Both the position numbers and the translations under genes were made by a program. From a virus (Duplodnaviria > Caudoviricetes), in the IMG/VR virus record IMGVR_UViG_2887198475_000002: a DNA stretch of 64,000 nt; one strand, 5' to 3'. Positions 47,845-57,789 of the stretch are shown here, piece by piece. The notes under the pieces are model-generated. The model worked only from the letters and a program-made list of their open reading frames with translations, ran no database searches and was not told the origin of the DNA. Within the stretch, counting starts at the first letter, position 1. Each line of letters starts with the position of its first letter.

Positions 47845-48339
47845 TCAGACTTTTCGGCCGCCTGCGAATTGCAGCACGTCCGTTTCGTCCTCCTCCTCCG
47901 CGGCGGCGGCCGCGGGAGGAGGAGCAGTTTTCCGCCGCGTCTTGGCCACCGGTGCCGCGGCGGCGGCAGCCGGCGCCTCTGGCGCTGGCGTCTCTTTTGC
48001 GACCGGGCGCGCCCTCGCGGGCGCCCCATCCCCTGCCAGCCGGGCCTTGTCGCGGCGGACCTGCCACCACGCCTTGCGGACCCGCTCGCCGGTAGGAGGC
48101 TTTCCGTCGCCGTCCGCGATCTGCGCCGCGGTTTCTCCCGGATGCAGCGCGCGCAACGCGGCCGCAACCCCGTCCCAATACGGGCGCCGTGGCGGGTTCA
48201 GCCCTGGCGCCAACTCTTCGTAGTGGTCCCACAGATGCTCGTAGAGCGGCGAATGGCCTCCCCGCTTCTCGGGAGGCCGCTGACGAGCCGCTTCGAGGAT
48301 CGCGTCCACTACCAAGGCACCTCTCTTCCGTCCGGTCAT
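47845..48339 (-). CDS. TraK/StbA-like DNA-binding protein
   Basis: HSPLY..HYEEL..W..DGDGKPPT..KAWWQV; repeat array upstream. Confidence 0.5.
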   Translation of the reverse strand: MTGRKRGALVVDAILEAARQRPPEKRGGHSPLYEHLWDHYEELAPGLNPPRRPYWDGVAAALRALHPGETAAQIADGDGKPPTGERVRKAWWQVRRDKARLAGDGAPARARPVAKETPAPEAPAAAAAAPVAKTRRKTAPPPAAAAAEEEDETDVLQFAGGRKV

Positions 48340-48403
48340 CGTCCCGCCTCTGTCCAGGCATGCGGGGGGACCATGCCGCGATTCGAGAGTCGAATCATCC
48401 CCC

Positions 48404-48497
48404 AATCCGGGCAAACTGTCCAGCATACATCCGGCTTCTATCCGTAGGTGTATCCGTCAAAAATCCGGTAAGTGTCCGGCCTTTGTCCTGGTCCGTA
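48404..48497. repeat. Array of (A/G)TCCG-type repeats at ~11-12 bp spacing
   Basis: atccgg, gtccag, atccgg, atccgt, atccgt, atccgg, gtccgg, gtcctg, gtccgt. Confidence 0.55.
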
Positions 48498-48504
48498 GGA
48501 TGGA

Positions 48505-48792
48505 ATGGTGGTAGTCAGATCGAGGCGCCGTTTCCAAACGACGCAGCGGGGAACAGCAGAAAAGGAGTTCGACGTGCCGAGGGACGTTCACAAACTCGCC
48601 GCCGCCGCAGTCTTGCAGGGCCAGGAATCCGAGGATGCCGCGATGCTGGCGCATTGCAGGGAGCAGGCAATGCGCCCGACGCCGGAGGCCGGCAGCTTCG
48701 CCACCGCCTTCGCCCTTCTCCGCCTGACGGACATGGCGCGCCGGCTGATTGTCTCGGATCTGCGCGACGAGGCAGCGGAGGCCGGCCGATGA
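48505..48792 (+). CDS. Hypothetical protein
   Basis: ATGA overlap with dUTPase; start may be GTG after AAGGAG. Confidence 0.5.
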   Translation: MVVVRSRRRFQTTQRGTAEKEFDVPRDVHKLAAAAVLQGQESEDAAMLAHCREQAMRPTPEAGSFATAFALLRLTDMARRLIVSDLRDEAAEAGR

Positions 48793-49274
48793 GCGAGCCA
48801 GCCGCCGAGACGTTCGGCTTCCGCCGCCTGACCATGACGGCCACGGTACCGACCCGGGCGCACCCCAAGGATGCCGGGCTCGACCTGTGCGCCGACCTCT
48901 ACAAGCGCGACGGGGCGGAGAGGGTGGCCGGTGGCATCCTGTGCCTGACCGTCCCACCGGGGCAGCGCCGGCGCATCCCGACCGGGCTCGCCATCACCCC
49001 GCCGGAGGGGACCTTTGCCCATCTGCTGGACAAGTCGGGCCTCGCCGATCGCTACGGCATCACCATCCTGGGCGGCGTCTGCGACGAGGGATACACCGGC
49101 GAGTATCAGGTGATCGTCCTCAACACCGGGAACGAGCCCTGGCACGTCATCCACGGTGTGAAGCTGTGCCAGATCGTGTTCCAGCGCATCTCCTACGCGG
49201 TCGGCGAGGAGCGGGAGCTGCCGCAGACCGCCCGTGGCGCCAAGGGGTTCGGCAGCACGGGGGCGATGGGATGA
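48789..49274 (+). CDS. dut: Trimeric dUTPase
   Basis: DAGLDL, KSGL, GGVCDEGYTGE, KLCQ, RGAKGFGSTG. Confidence 0.9.
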   Translation: MSEPAAETFGFRRLTMTATVPTRAHPKDAGLDLCADLYKRDGAERVAGGILCLTVPPGQRRRIPTGLAITPPEGTFAHLLDKSGLADRYGITILGGVCDEGYTGEYQVIVLNTGNEPWHVIHGVKLCQIVFQRISYAVGEERELPQTARGAKGFGSTGAMG

Positions 49275-49379
49275 CGGCAGTCCTCCTGGCGCCTCCGCGT
49301 CAGGCCCCACCGCCGGATGAGAAGGGCGTCATTGGCTGATCTGTGGCGGGGAGAGCGGCCCGAAGGCGCGCCCGATGGA

Positions 49380-49512
49380 TCCGACCTGGGCGTCCCGTTC
49401 TTCTTCAAGCAGACCGGATCCCGCCGCGAGGCGTGGCCGGGCGTGACCGGGAAGGGCGATAACCCGGCCGAGTGGCCGGACGAGCTGCGCGTCCAGCAAT
49501 TCCCGGGGGCGC
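49380..49512 (+). pseudogene. Fragment of Gp37/Gp68 (DUF5131)-like gene
   Basis: GVPFFFKQTG..KGDNPAEWPDELRVQQFP without the N-terminal domain. Confidence 0.55.
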
Positions 49513-49702
49513 CGTCGAAAACGCCGGGCCGGGTGCGGAGCGTGAGCCAAGACGGGGCCGGCCCAGGCGTCGGCCTGAACCGGCAGAGCCGCCGCAAGGG
49601 CGGCCCAATCTGGGACTTCTTGTCGCGCCCCTACCGGTTCGCCGGCTCGGATCGACAGGCCAGCGGGGCTGGGGACTCTGTGGGCGGCTGGCTCGCGGCG
49701 CT

Positions 49703-50623
49703 TCAGGAGCCGGGTGCGAGTTGGCGCGGCGCGACCGGAGGCCGTGAAGGGTGCAGGATCATCCCGCCGTCCCCTACTTCTATCTTGGCGTCCGGATAAA
49801 CCGCCAAAGCGAGTTGCACGTTGGCCAGGAACAGCCGCCGGAAATCAACCATTCGGCCGATGCCAAGCCCGAATTGCGCCTTCAAAGCCTTCCAGCTCAC
49901 GGGCTGCGGCTTCGATAGGGCGTGGAGCCTGTAAGCCAGCCACGCATACACATCCAGGCCCTGGCTATTATTCGACAGGGCCTTCACAGCAGCCTCTTCT
50001 ATCGGAACGGGATGTTTTTGGAGTTGTTGAAAGAACCCATCTGACAGTCTGGCATTCTCAGCAAGCAATTTGCCAGATCCGTCCATAGATGGCTCAAACA
50101 TAGCCGCTTCAATAATGTTCTGATTTAATAGCCCGACTTTGCCCCCGCGACGCATATGGAACGTCAGCCGGCAATAGGCGATGCGTTCAGACTGTTCGCG
50201 GACCGCCTTCACTACGCCGCCGCCCCACGGAATCCCCATCCGCTCAAGCCAGTCCCGCATGCTTGAGCCGAGCCGCACTTCCGGGCTCTGCGTGCGGAGT
50301 GCTTCTGACTGAAGGTAGAATAAAATCATCCTTGCGCGCGCGCCGAATGGGACTCCGACATTAACAGGCTTCCCGTTAAGGCCGGGGCGTGCGCCCGATT
50401 CGACAATTAGGCTGATGTTTTCAGCGTCTACTTGCCAATCCTGGCCGTCTGGAAGGCGCTTGTGAGGCAACGCTGCTTGGCACCAGCCCGAGAAAAGAAA
50501 GCCGATACCGGTATCTTCATTGCCTAAATACTCGGTTGCAGCCTCGATTACCTCTCGGCGCACGTCGAGATTTAGCGTGCCTTGCTTGCCCTTGGCGACG
50601 AGAAGATCGTGGATGGTTCCCAT
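49703..50623 (-). CDS. repA: Plasmid replication initiator (RepA_C family)
   Basis: CQAALPH, GVPFGARARMIL, HPVPI, LDVYAWLAYRL, QFG, VYP.A; iterons upstream. Confidence 0.88.
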   Translation of the reverse strand: MGTIHDLLVAKGKQGTLNLDVRREVIEAATEYLGNEDTGIGFLFSGWCQAALPHKRLPDGQDWQVDAENISLIVESGARPGLNGKPVNVGVPFGARARMILFYLQSEALRTQSPEVRLGSSMRDWLERMGIPWGGGVVKAVREQSERIAYCRLTFHMRRGGKVGLLNQNIIEAAMFEPSMDGSGKLLAENARLSDGFFQQLQKHPVPIEEAAVKALSNNSQGLDVYAWLAYRLHALSKPQPVSWKALKAQFGLGIGRMVDFRRLFLANVQLALAVYPDAKIEVGDGGMILHPSRPPVAPRQLAPGS

Positions 50624-50659
50624 GCCGCGAGCATGCCACATCTGCGGCGGCTCGGAAGT

Positions 50660-50996
50660 GGGACTTCTTGTCACACCCCCCTGGCGGGGAGAGTGGCGGG
50701 GAGAGGTGTCCACAGGCGGGGGTGGGACTTCTTGTCACACGAGCTATTAGCAAGATATTTGATTCTTATATTAGCTTGTGTGACAAGAAGTCCCGGGATA
50801 ACTCATGTAACCCATTGATATCATTTGGGGCGCTCTGAGGGGGGTGTGACAAGAAGTCCCACTTGCTGTGACAAGAAGTCCCACCCCGCCTGTGGATAAG
50901 TTCTCCGCCGGCCGATGCAGCCCCCCCCGCCCGGCATGAAGCCGCAGGGCGGGAAATTGGTTCAGTTCCTTGTTGGCCAGTGTGACAAGAAGTCCC
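50660..50996. repeat. Iteron origin: six TGTGACAAGAAGTCCC copies, AT-rich core, DnaA box
   Basis: Inverted copies at 50660 and 50724; direct copies at 50779, 50845, 50867, 50981; TGTGGATAA at 50891; variant at 49612. Confidence 0.9.
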
Positions 50997-51220
50997 AGGC
51001 CGTGCGATGAACGTCGGCGCCTGGAACATCCAGAGTTGAGCATCCCCAGCCGTTCAGGCCGGCGCCCACGGAGTCTCCAGTGGCATCGCCAGCCAGCCAC
51101 GCACCCGCGAGGCGCGAGAGACGGGCCAGGAAGGCAGGAGCGGATACTGCCACGGCGCCCGTACGCCGGCATAAACCGGGACTCGCCGGACAGGGAGTCG
51201 TCCGCGGTGCCGGCGGATAC

Positions 51221-52915
51221 TCAGGCGGCCCTGACCCCGGAGATGAAGCTGCCGACCTGACCAGCGAGCCGCTCAGCGCCCCTGGACAGGCTGTCCGCCA
51301 CTTCCAGCACCTGCTGCGAGGCCTGCCCGGTCTCCTCGGCCGCGCGGCTGACGCCGCCGATATTGCGGGTCACCTCACCGGTGCCGGTGGCGGCGTGCTG
51401 GACGCTGCGGGCGATCTCGGCGGTGGCCGAGCCCTGCTCCTTCACCGCGACGGCGATTGTGCCGGTGATGCTGTTGACCTGATCGATGGTGCGCACGATG
51501 CTGCCGATCGCGCCGACCGCGTCCTGCGTCGCCGCCTGGATGCGCGCGATCTGCGCGCCGATCTCGCCGGTGGCGCGCGCGGTCTGGCTGGCGAGATTCT
51601 TGACCTCGCCCGCCACCACGGCGAAGCCCTTTCCGGCGTCGCCCGCCCGCGCCGCCTCGATCGTCGCGTTCAGCGCCAGCAGGTTAGTCTGCCCGGCGAT
51701 GCTGGTGATCAGCCCGACCACGTCGCCGATCTTCTGCGCCGCTTCCGCCAGTGCCCGCACGGTCGCGTTAGTGCGCTGCGCCTCCTCCACCGCCTGATGG
51801 GCGACGGTGGTGGATTGTTCGACCTGCCGGGTGATCTCGCCGATCGAGGCGGAGAGTTCCTCGGTGGCCGAGGCGACGGTCTGGACGCTGCTGGAGGCGT
51901 CCTGCGCGGCGGTGGCAACGGCGCTCGCCTGGGTGCTAGTCTGGTCTGCCGTGCGGGTCATTTGCCCCGCGGTCGCGGTCATCTGGGTGGCGGAGGAGGC
52001 AAGGTGCTGCACCAGCTCGGCCACCTGCCGCTCGAAGTCCTGCACCAGCGCGTCGACCTGCGCCGCACGCCGCTCCTGTGCCGCCCGCGCCGTAGCCTGC
52101 TCGGCGGTGAGGCGGTCGGCGGTGAGCATATTGTCCTTGAACACCTGCAGGGCGGCCGCCATCGCTCCGATCTCGTCGCCGCGCCCGGTGCCGACGATCT
52201 CGGTGGTCAGGTCGTGCCCGGCGAGCCGGCGCATCGCCGCTGTCATGGTCAGGATCGGGGTGGAAATGCCGCGCACCATCAGCCAGCCATTGAGCAGGCA
52301 AAGCCCGCTCATTAGGCCGAGCACGACGAAGATCCAGGTCTGCGCTGATTCGCCAAGGGCGGCGCCGCGCTCGCCGCTGATGCGGGCCTGCTCGGAGTTG
52401 TACTCGATCAGGGCATCCAGGCGTGCCTGCAGGTCATTGTTGAACCTCTCGCGCATCTCGCTGCGGTAGAAGCTCGTCGCCTGCACGTGCTCGTTCGCCT
52501 GGACAAGGGCTTGGAACCGGTCGTTCAGGGCAAAATACGCAGTGACCGCCTGGGTGAACATCTCCCCCATCTGCTGCTCCCGGCCCGGATTCATCAGAGG
52601 GCGGTATGCCAGCAGAGCCTGCTCGATCTGCTCGCGCAAGTCGCGCAGTATTCTGGCGTCCTCCGCCTTGGCCGCACCCTCTGGGGCGAGGAGATAGGCC
52701 GCCTGGAATGCCCGGAAGCGTGTCACGAGATAATCGAGGCGACCGAGCGCCTGGATGCTGGGAAGCTGGTCGTCGCGCATCTCGGCCGCCGCGACATTGA
52801 CCGCCGCCAGCCGTTGCACCGCGAACAAGCCGAGGCCGATCGTGCAGGCGAGGACGATCGCGAAAGCCGTGACGACTTTGGATCGGATGCTGAGGTGATC
52901 GAGAATCTGGTTCAT
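51221..52915 (-). CDS. Methyl-accepting chemotaxis protein
   Basis: Two TMs, HAMP, IAGQTNLLALNATIEAARAGDAGKGFAVVAGEVK. Confidence 0.95.
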   Translation of the reverse strand: MNQILDHLSIRSKVVTAFAIVLACTIGLGLFAVQRLAAVNVAAAEMRDDQLPSIQALGRLDYLVTRFRAFQAAYLLAPEGAAKAEDARILRDLREQIEQALLAYRPLMNPGREQQMGEMFTQAVTAYFALNDRFQALVQANEHVQATSFYRSEMRERFNNDLQARLDALIEYNSEQARISGERGAALGESAQTWIFVVLGLMSGLCLLNGWLMVRGISTPILTMTAAMRRLAGHDLTTEIVGTGRGDEIGAMAAALQVFKDNMLTADRLTAEQATARAAQERRAAQVDALVQDFERQVAELVQHLASSATQMTATAGQMTRTADQTSTQASAVATAAQDASSSVQTVASATEELSASIGEITRQVEQSTTVAHQAVEEAQRTNATVRALAEAAQKIGDVVGLITSIAGQTNLLALNATIEAARAGDAGKGFAVVAGEVKNLASQTARATGEIGAQIARIQAATQDAVGAIGSIVRTIDQVNSITGTIAVAVKEQGSATAEIARSVQHAATGTGEVTRNIGGVSRAAEETGQASQQVLEVADSLSRGAERLAGQVGSFISGVRAA

Positions 52916-53060
52916 CGTGATGTGGCGCCGCTAGGGGGGATTGCACGGGGAGAGGATCTGGACAGCATGTCCGGATGCGAGTGATGACAGAATTCCCGCA
53001 TAGATAGATATACTCTGAATGTTATACAACTTTTAATGATACAAAATTGCTTTTATATAT

Positions 53061-53222
53061 GGCTCTTATCGGGTTTCGGGGTGATGGGTCGCCGATAGCC
53101 GTCAGCCTTGCTGCTCCGCCATGGGTACGCTCGCCAAGTTACTGATTTATTAAGGCAATTCGAGCCAAGATAAGCAGTCGCATTCCGACTCTGGCTCACC
53201 ACCCCGGAACCCGATAAGAGCC
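53061..53222. mobile_element. 162-bp MITE (IS1595-like ends)
   Basis: TIR GGCTCTTATCGGGTT(T/C)CGGGGTG (22/23); 8-bp TSD TTATATAT on both sides. Confidence 0.85.
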
Positions 53223-53541
53223 TTATATATTTCAGATCTTATTTTTACCTGATTACATCCTTTCCTCAGCTGGCTTCTGAGCTTGATAAAGGTGCTGGGA
53301 ATTTGGGATTCCGTGACGAAGGCGGTCAGGCGGCCATCGTTGATGGGCGTCGCTCCCTAGTCAGACGCTCTACGTCCTGGCAGCCGCACAGAAGCCCGCT
53401 GACGGCTTTTCTCCGGTCTGACGCGCTCCTCCGATCGACTTCCCAGCCTTCCAACCTCTGCTTCGTTCCCGATCCGCGCCACGAAGCGTGCTTTTCTGCC
53501 CGTTCTATGGCGGCACCGAGATCTGGCCTGATAACCTGCCC

Positions 53542-54447
53542 CTATGGCGTCACCCCGGTTCGGCGATCTCGTCGTAGCCCCAGCCGAGGAACTGGATTAG
53601 GCAGAAGCGTGGCCGAACGGATTGGCGAGCATTCTGCCCCACGCGGCGGTCCGGACAGCGGTCTCGACGCGGGCGCCGGCGGTAGGCACGCGGGCACAGG
53701 CCAGGAGATCGCCTCGGACGCGACGACGGCCTCGAAGGCCGGGTGCGCGAAGAAGAAGCCCTGCATGTAACGCACACCCGCCTCCCGCAGCGCCTCGACC
53801 TCGCCAATCCGCTCGACACCCTCGACAACGAGCTTGACCCCGAGTTGGCTGGTGAGCGTGACGAGGCTGGCGACGATGCCGAACCGCGTGCGGTCCTGGT
53901 CGCAATCCACGATGAGCTGACGGTCGAGCTTGATGATGTCGGGCTTCAGCTCGACGAGGCGGGCGAGACCGGAATACCCGGTCCCGAAATCGTCGAGTGC
54001 GACCTTGAAGCCGTGGCGGTGGTACTCTTCGAGGATGGCGCGCGTGTGCGCAGCATCGGCGATGCTCTCGTTTTCCGTAAACTCGAAAGTCAGGCGTCCG
54101 AGCGAGAAGCCGTTCGCGGCGGCGGCGGCGAGGGTGCGGCGGATGCAGGCGCGCGGCTCGTAGACGGCGTTGGGCAAGAAGTTGATGTTGAGCCGACCAT
54201 CAAGGCCGAGCCGGGCCGCCATCTCGATCGCCTTGACGCGGCAGGCTTGATCGAAGGCATAGCGGTTCCCGTCGTCGATTTGCGCCAGGATCGATCCCGC
54301 GCTCTCGCCGGAGGGGCCGCGCACCAGAGCCTCGTGCCCATCGATGCGCATCTCTGCAAGATCGACGATGGGCTGGAAAGCCATTGTGAAGGGGAACAGC
54401 AGCACCTCGTCGCGACACCGCCCACAGTCCCACCGTTCGTCCGTCAT
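53542..54447 (-). CDS. Stand-alone EAL-domain protein
   Basis: FQPIVD, HEALVR, INFLPN, EFTE, ALDDFGTGYSGL, IKLD, VEGVE, QGFFF. Confidence 0.92.
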   Translation of the reverse strand: MTDERWDCGRCRDEVLLFPFTMAFQPIVDLAEMRIDGHEALVRGPSGESAGSILAQIDDGNRYAFDQACRVKAIEMAARLGLDGRLNINFLPNAVYEPRACIRRTLAAAAANGFSLGRLTFEFTENESIADAAHTRAILEEYHRHGFKVALDDFGTGYSGLARLVELKPDIIKLDRQLIVDCDQDRTRFGIVASLVTLTSQLGVKLVVEGVERIGEVEALREAGVRYMQGFFFAHPAFEAVVASEAISWPVPACLPPAPASRPLSGPPRGAECSPIRSATLLPNPVPRLGLRRDRRTGVTP

Positions 54448-55284
54448 GGTCGGCCTCGTTTACAACCTAAGATAGAATCGATTGCCTGCATAACACGTGC
54501 AAGTGCCCGCCTCGAAGCCTTTTCAATGGCGAGGGGGCGCGCCATAGAGCGGGCAGGATTGCACGGTTCACAGCCTGCACCTGGAATCGACGGATTGGTT
54601 GCGCCCCTGTCAGACGCGATAACACCGCGATCCCGCGGCCGTGCGGTAAGGGGTGGCGATTTATTTACATATGCTATTATATACGTATAATAACTTACAT
54701 CTGGAAATTGGAGATTATTCGAAATGAACGCCGCCCGTGCCGTAAATAACACTCCAGACAGTGCTTACGATCTCGCCAGCACGTGCCCAAATGCTGAATA
54801 CAAATATATCTCTGGAATGGAGGCAGAGTATAGTATTACTGGCTTTGACCCTTGTGGATTAGTCGATCAATACGGGCTTGGTGCATGGAGATATTACGTT
54901 CATTGTCGTGTTTTTAAGAAAATTTATCGGAGCATACATGCTGACCGCCGAAAATCGGTTGCAGCTATGCTGATGTGGCTAAATAGCGTCAAATGCCCAG
55001 GCCATCTGCCGATCCTGCCTCCATGATCCCCTGAGGCTGCGGCCGAGGCAGACAACACTGCCCCCGGATCGCGCCGCAGCCAAGGTGGACCGCACCCGGC
55101 CCACACCTTGGGCGGAAGCTTCAAGCTCATCGGATTGATCGAAAGCACGGCAATAGACACGGGGGTTTGTCGTCATCTCGCGTATCTCTTGATAGAAATC
55201 CCTTTATTAGCGTGCTCATGATTTGCAGATCAGGGAAGAAAAATAACAAAATATAAGTAGTACACGATGCACTCAGCCGCAAGT

Positions 55285-55461
55285 ATGTCGAACCCTTCCT
55301 TTTTGTCTCAGGAAGCCGACCGTTTTCGGTCCCTTGCTAATGGTGCCAGGGACGCAGGGACTCGAAATTTGCTGCTTAAATTGGCTCAAGACTACGAAGA
55401 CACGGCGCGGGAATGCCCGTCTTGCCCAACCTGGGCGGGCGGCTGCGAGCCGGGCTACTAA
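55285..55461 (+). CDS. Small hypothetical protein
   Basis: A..R.LA..D..LL.LA.DYE helical pattern. Confidence 0.4.
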   Translation: MSNPSFLSQEADRFRSLANGARDAGTRNLLLKLAQDYEDTARECPSCPTWAGGCEPGY

Positions 55462-55576
55462 ACCATCCCCGCGCGCTCGCCTGTCTCACGCAGTTGACTC
55501 GATAGCTACCGGTGACGCTAGCCTTGTGACATCTTTTTACACGTATGTTCAACTTGCGCCTGCCATGCTGCCAAGC

Positions 55577-55801
55577 ATGTTCATGGGAGCCGAAGCCGAA
55601 GCTGCCGCCATCCGGGAAGCCTTTGAGCAGTCCGGCGAGTTGGCCGCCGCCGTTGAGATCCAGCGGCTGTTCCCCGATATTTCCGACATGGAGATCGCGC
55701 TGTGCTGCGCCCGCGCCATCGCGATCTGGTCGCTCCGGGCACTTCCGCCATCCGCGAAAGCAACCCGGGCGCGACGTGGAAAGGATCGATCCGGCAAATA
55801 A
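55577..55801 (+). CDS. Small hypothetical protein
   Basis: AAAIREAFEQSGELAAAVEIQRLFP. Confidence 0.45.
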   Translation: MFMGAEAEAAAIREAFEQSGELAAAVEIQRLFPDISDMEIALCCARAIAIWSLRALPPSAKATRARRGKDRSGK

Positions 55802-55878
55802 TTGCCCGCGGTCCCGGAACGAGGCCTGCGACCAAGCGTAGGAGCGGAGCTGTCCGGAGTCCCTTCGCAGGACGGACG

Positions 55879-56100
55879 TCAGGGTTCCGGCAGCGCGGCC
55901 GGCGCGGTTCGCACCCTCGCCCGCGCCGGCCGCCTACTCGGCGACGTCCAGCGTGACCAGCGACGCCAGTGCCCGCTGCACTGGTGGCATGCCAGCCGCT
56001 CCCTGCCGCTCAAGGCGACGGCGATGTCAGCGAGCGAGGTGGTGTCGGATCCCTGGATCCCCGCGATCACGCCGATGGGGCAGAGCTGGGTGGCCACCGT
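55879..56100 (-). pseudogene. Remnant of serine-recombinase C-terminus, copy 1
   Basis: IAGIQGSDTTSLADIAVALS; near-duplicate of 57070-57142. Confidence 0.4.
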
Positions 56101-56359
56101 CGTTTCCCTGGCACCGCCGGACCCGCTGACGGCGCTGGAGGACCAGGCTGCCAGCCTGGGCACCGGCACGCGGGGCGACCTGTTTGTCCGGAATAACCCG
56201 GACATTTGTCCGGAATAACCCGGACAGAATTACAGAAAATAACGATTAACAATGTTAAAGAATCTGTTAAAGATTCTTCCTACATTTGTACATTATCAAC
56301 CTTAAATCCATAAGTATCGACATAGGAAATTAACCAAAAATAGAATACTGGAGTCGGAA

Positions 56360-56947
56360 ATGCTTGATACAGCGACTGCGCTGATCATCGAACCCAACCC
56401 AGCCGTCGCATCTGCGCTCTGCACTGCTCTGAAATATGCTGGTATCCGCGAAATCATTGAAGCGCATGACATTGCCTCCGGCTTTGCCGGCCTGGAGCGC
56501 GTGCCCCGCGTCGATTGCGCTGTCATCGATCTCAGCTTTCCGCGCGAGCATGCCCTCGGCATGGCGCAGCGCGCCGCCGACCTGTCCATTCCGGCCGTGT
56601 TCACGACTGCCGATTACCGCAAGGTGGAGTGGTTTGCATTCGGGGACTCGCTGCCACTCTGCAAGCCGTTCCTCATTCGTGAATTGCTCGAATGCCTTGA
56701 GCTCGAGATTGAGCGGTCCAGGCGCCTGCAATTGGAAGCGGCGGCCAATCGGGAGCATTCCGAACGCGTTCGGTTGGATGCTGCTGCCGAGCGGGAGCGT
56801 GCCATCCGCCTTCGCCTGCTGAGCGCAGCCACCAGAGAACGCTACCAACGCATCCGAGAGGCTAGGGCTGAGAGACAACGGCACGAACATGAAGAGGAAT
56901 TGCGCCGCCTAGGCATAACGCTTCCTCGCTCATTCCGCTCCTCCTGA
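56360..56947 (+). CDS. Atypical receiver-domain protein
   Basis: ALIIEP, CAVIDL, FTTA, KPF, then coiled coil. Confidence 0.7.
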   Translation: MLDTATALIIEPNPAVASALCTALKYAGIREIIEAHDIASGFAGLERVPRVDCAVIDLSFPREHALGMAQRAADLSIPAVFTTADYRKVEWFAFGDSLPLCKPFLIRELLECLELEIERSRRLQLEAAANREHSERVRLDAAAERERAIRLRLLSAATRERYQRIREARAERQRHEHEEELRRLGITLPRSFRSS

Positions 56948-56975
56948 CGAAAGCGCTGGCAGAATCCGGCGCCGG

Positions 56976-57142
56976 TCACCCGACCAGCCGCGCCAGGATC
57001 CGCTGCACCGTTGCCGCGTGCCACCCACCCCGGCCGCTTGGCGTCGGGATCGACCGGGCCGCCAGCTCGGCGGCAATGTCGAACAGCAAGGTGGTGTTGG
57101 ATCCCTGGATTTCCGCGATCACGGCGATGGGCAGAGCTGGGG
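56976..57142 (-). pseudogene. Remnant of serine-recombinase C-terminus, copy 2
   Basis: IAAELAARSIPTPSGRGGWHAATVQRIL. Confidence 0.5.
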
Positions 57143-57369
57143 TAAGTTGAACATACGTGTAAAAAGTGGTCACTAGGACACGGTCATCATATTTATCAAT
57201 AGGTTGTGCAGCCAGCGCTAGGGTCGTCTGAGCTGATTAGACGCGATAACTGTTCTTATCGCGTAATAGGACTCCCGGCCACAATCGCCGGCAAGTTGCC
57301 GAAATCACGACAGAAAGCCCGGGCCTGGATAGGACGGTCGAGCGCGATTCCAGGCGATGCTGCTGCCGG

Positions 57370-57789
57370 TCATGCCGGGAACGCCTGCACTTCGAGGCGC
57401 CTTCCCAGCGCCCGCAGCGCGGTTTCCACGCTGCCGATGTGGCTGCGGTGCAGTGGGTCGCGCAGCCGTCGCACGGCCCTTTCGTCCAGGCCGATCTGGT
57501 GCCCCAGCTCGACGTTGGAGATGCCGGCGGCGAGCATCGCGCCGTGCAGCGCCAGCTTGGCAGCGACCAAGGACGGCACACCGACGACAGGACGCCCCTT
57601 GGCAGCAGGCGGGGCGGGGATCGGCTTGCCCGCCTCAACGAACGTGCTCAACGCCGTGACCAGCAAGTCTTCCGCCCGGGTCAGGGCCTCGCCCTCAGTC
57701 GCGCCCCAGGTCGAGCCCGGCAGGCGATCGAACGAGACGGCAATGCTGCCGTCATCGGATTCCAGTGTCGCTGGATAGGCGAAGCGCAT
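57370..57789 (-). CDS. hicB: HicB-family antitoxin, no adjacent hicA
   Basis: YPA..VSF..LPG.TWG....EAL....GKPIPAP plus C-terminal HTH. Confidence 0.8.
   Translation of the reverse strand: MRFAYPATLESDDGSIAVSFDRLPGSTWGATEGEALTRAEDLLVTALSTFVEAGKPIPAPPAAKGRPVVGVPSLVAAKLALHGAMLAAGISNVELGHQIGLDERAVRRLRDPLHRSHIGSVETALRALGRRLEVQAFPA

Noticed and set aside
48189-48788. N-terminal extension of dUTPase in the ORF track
   Set aside because: Overlaps other genes; ATG 48789 gives normal size and coupling
50660-50996. Repeats as a CRISPR array
   Set aside because: 16 bp, mixed orientation, irregular spacing, adjacent to repA: iterons
54447-55260. Short ORFs in AT-rich region
   Set aside because: No recognisable motifs or convincing RBS
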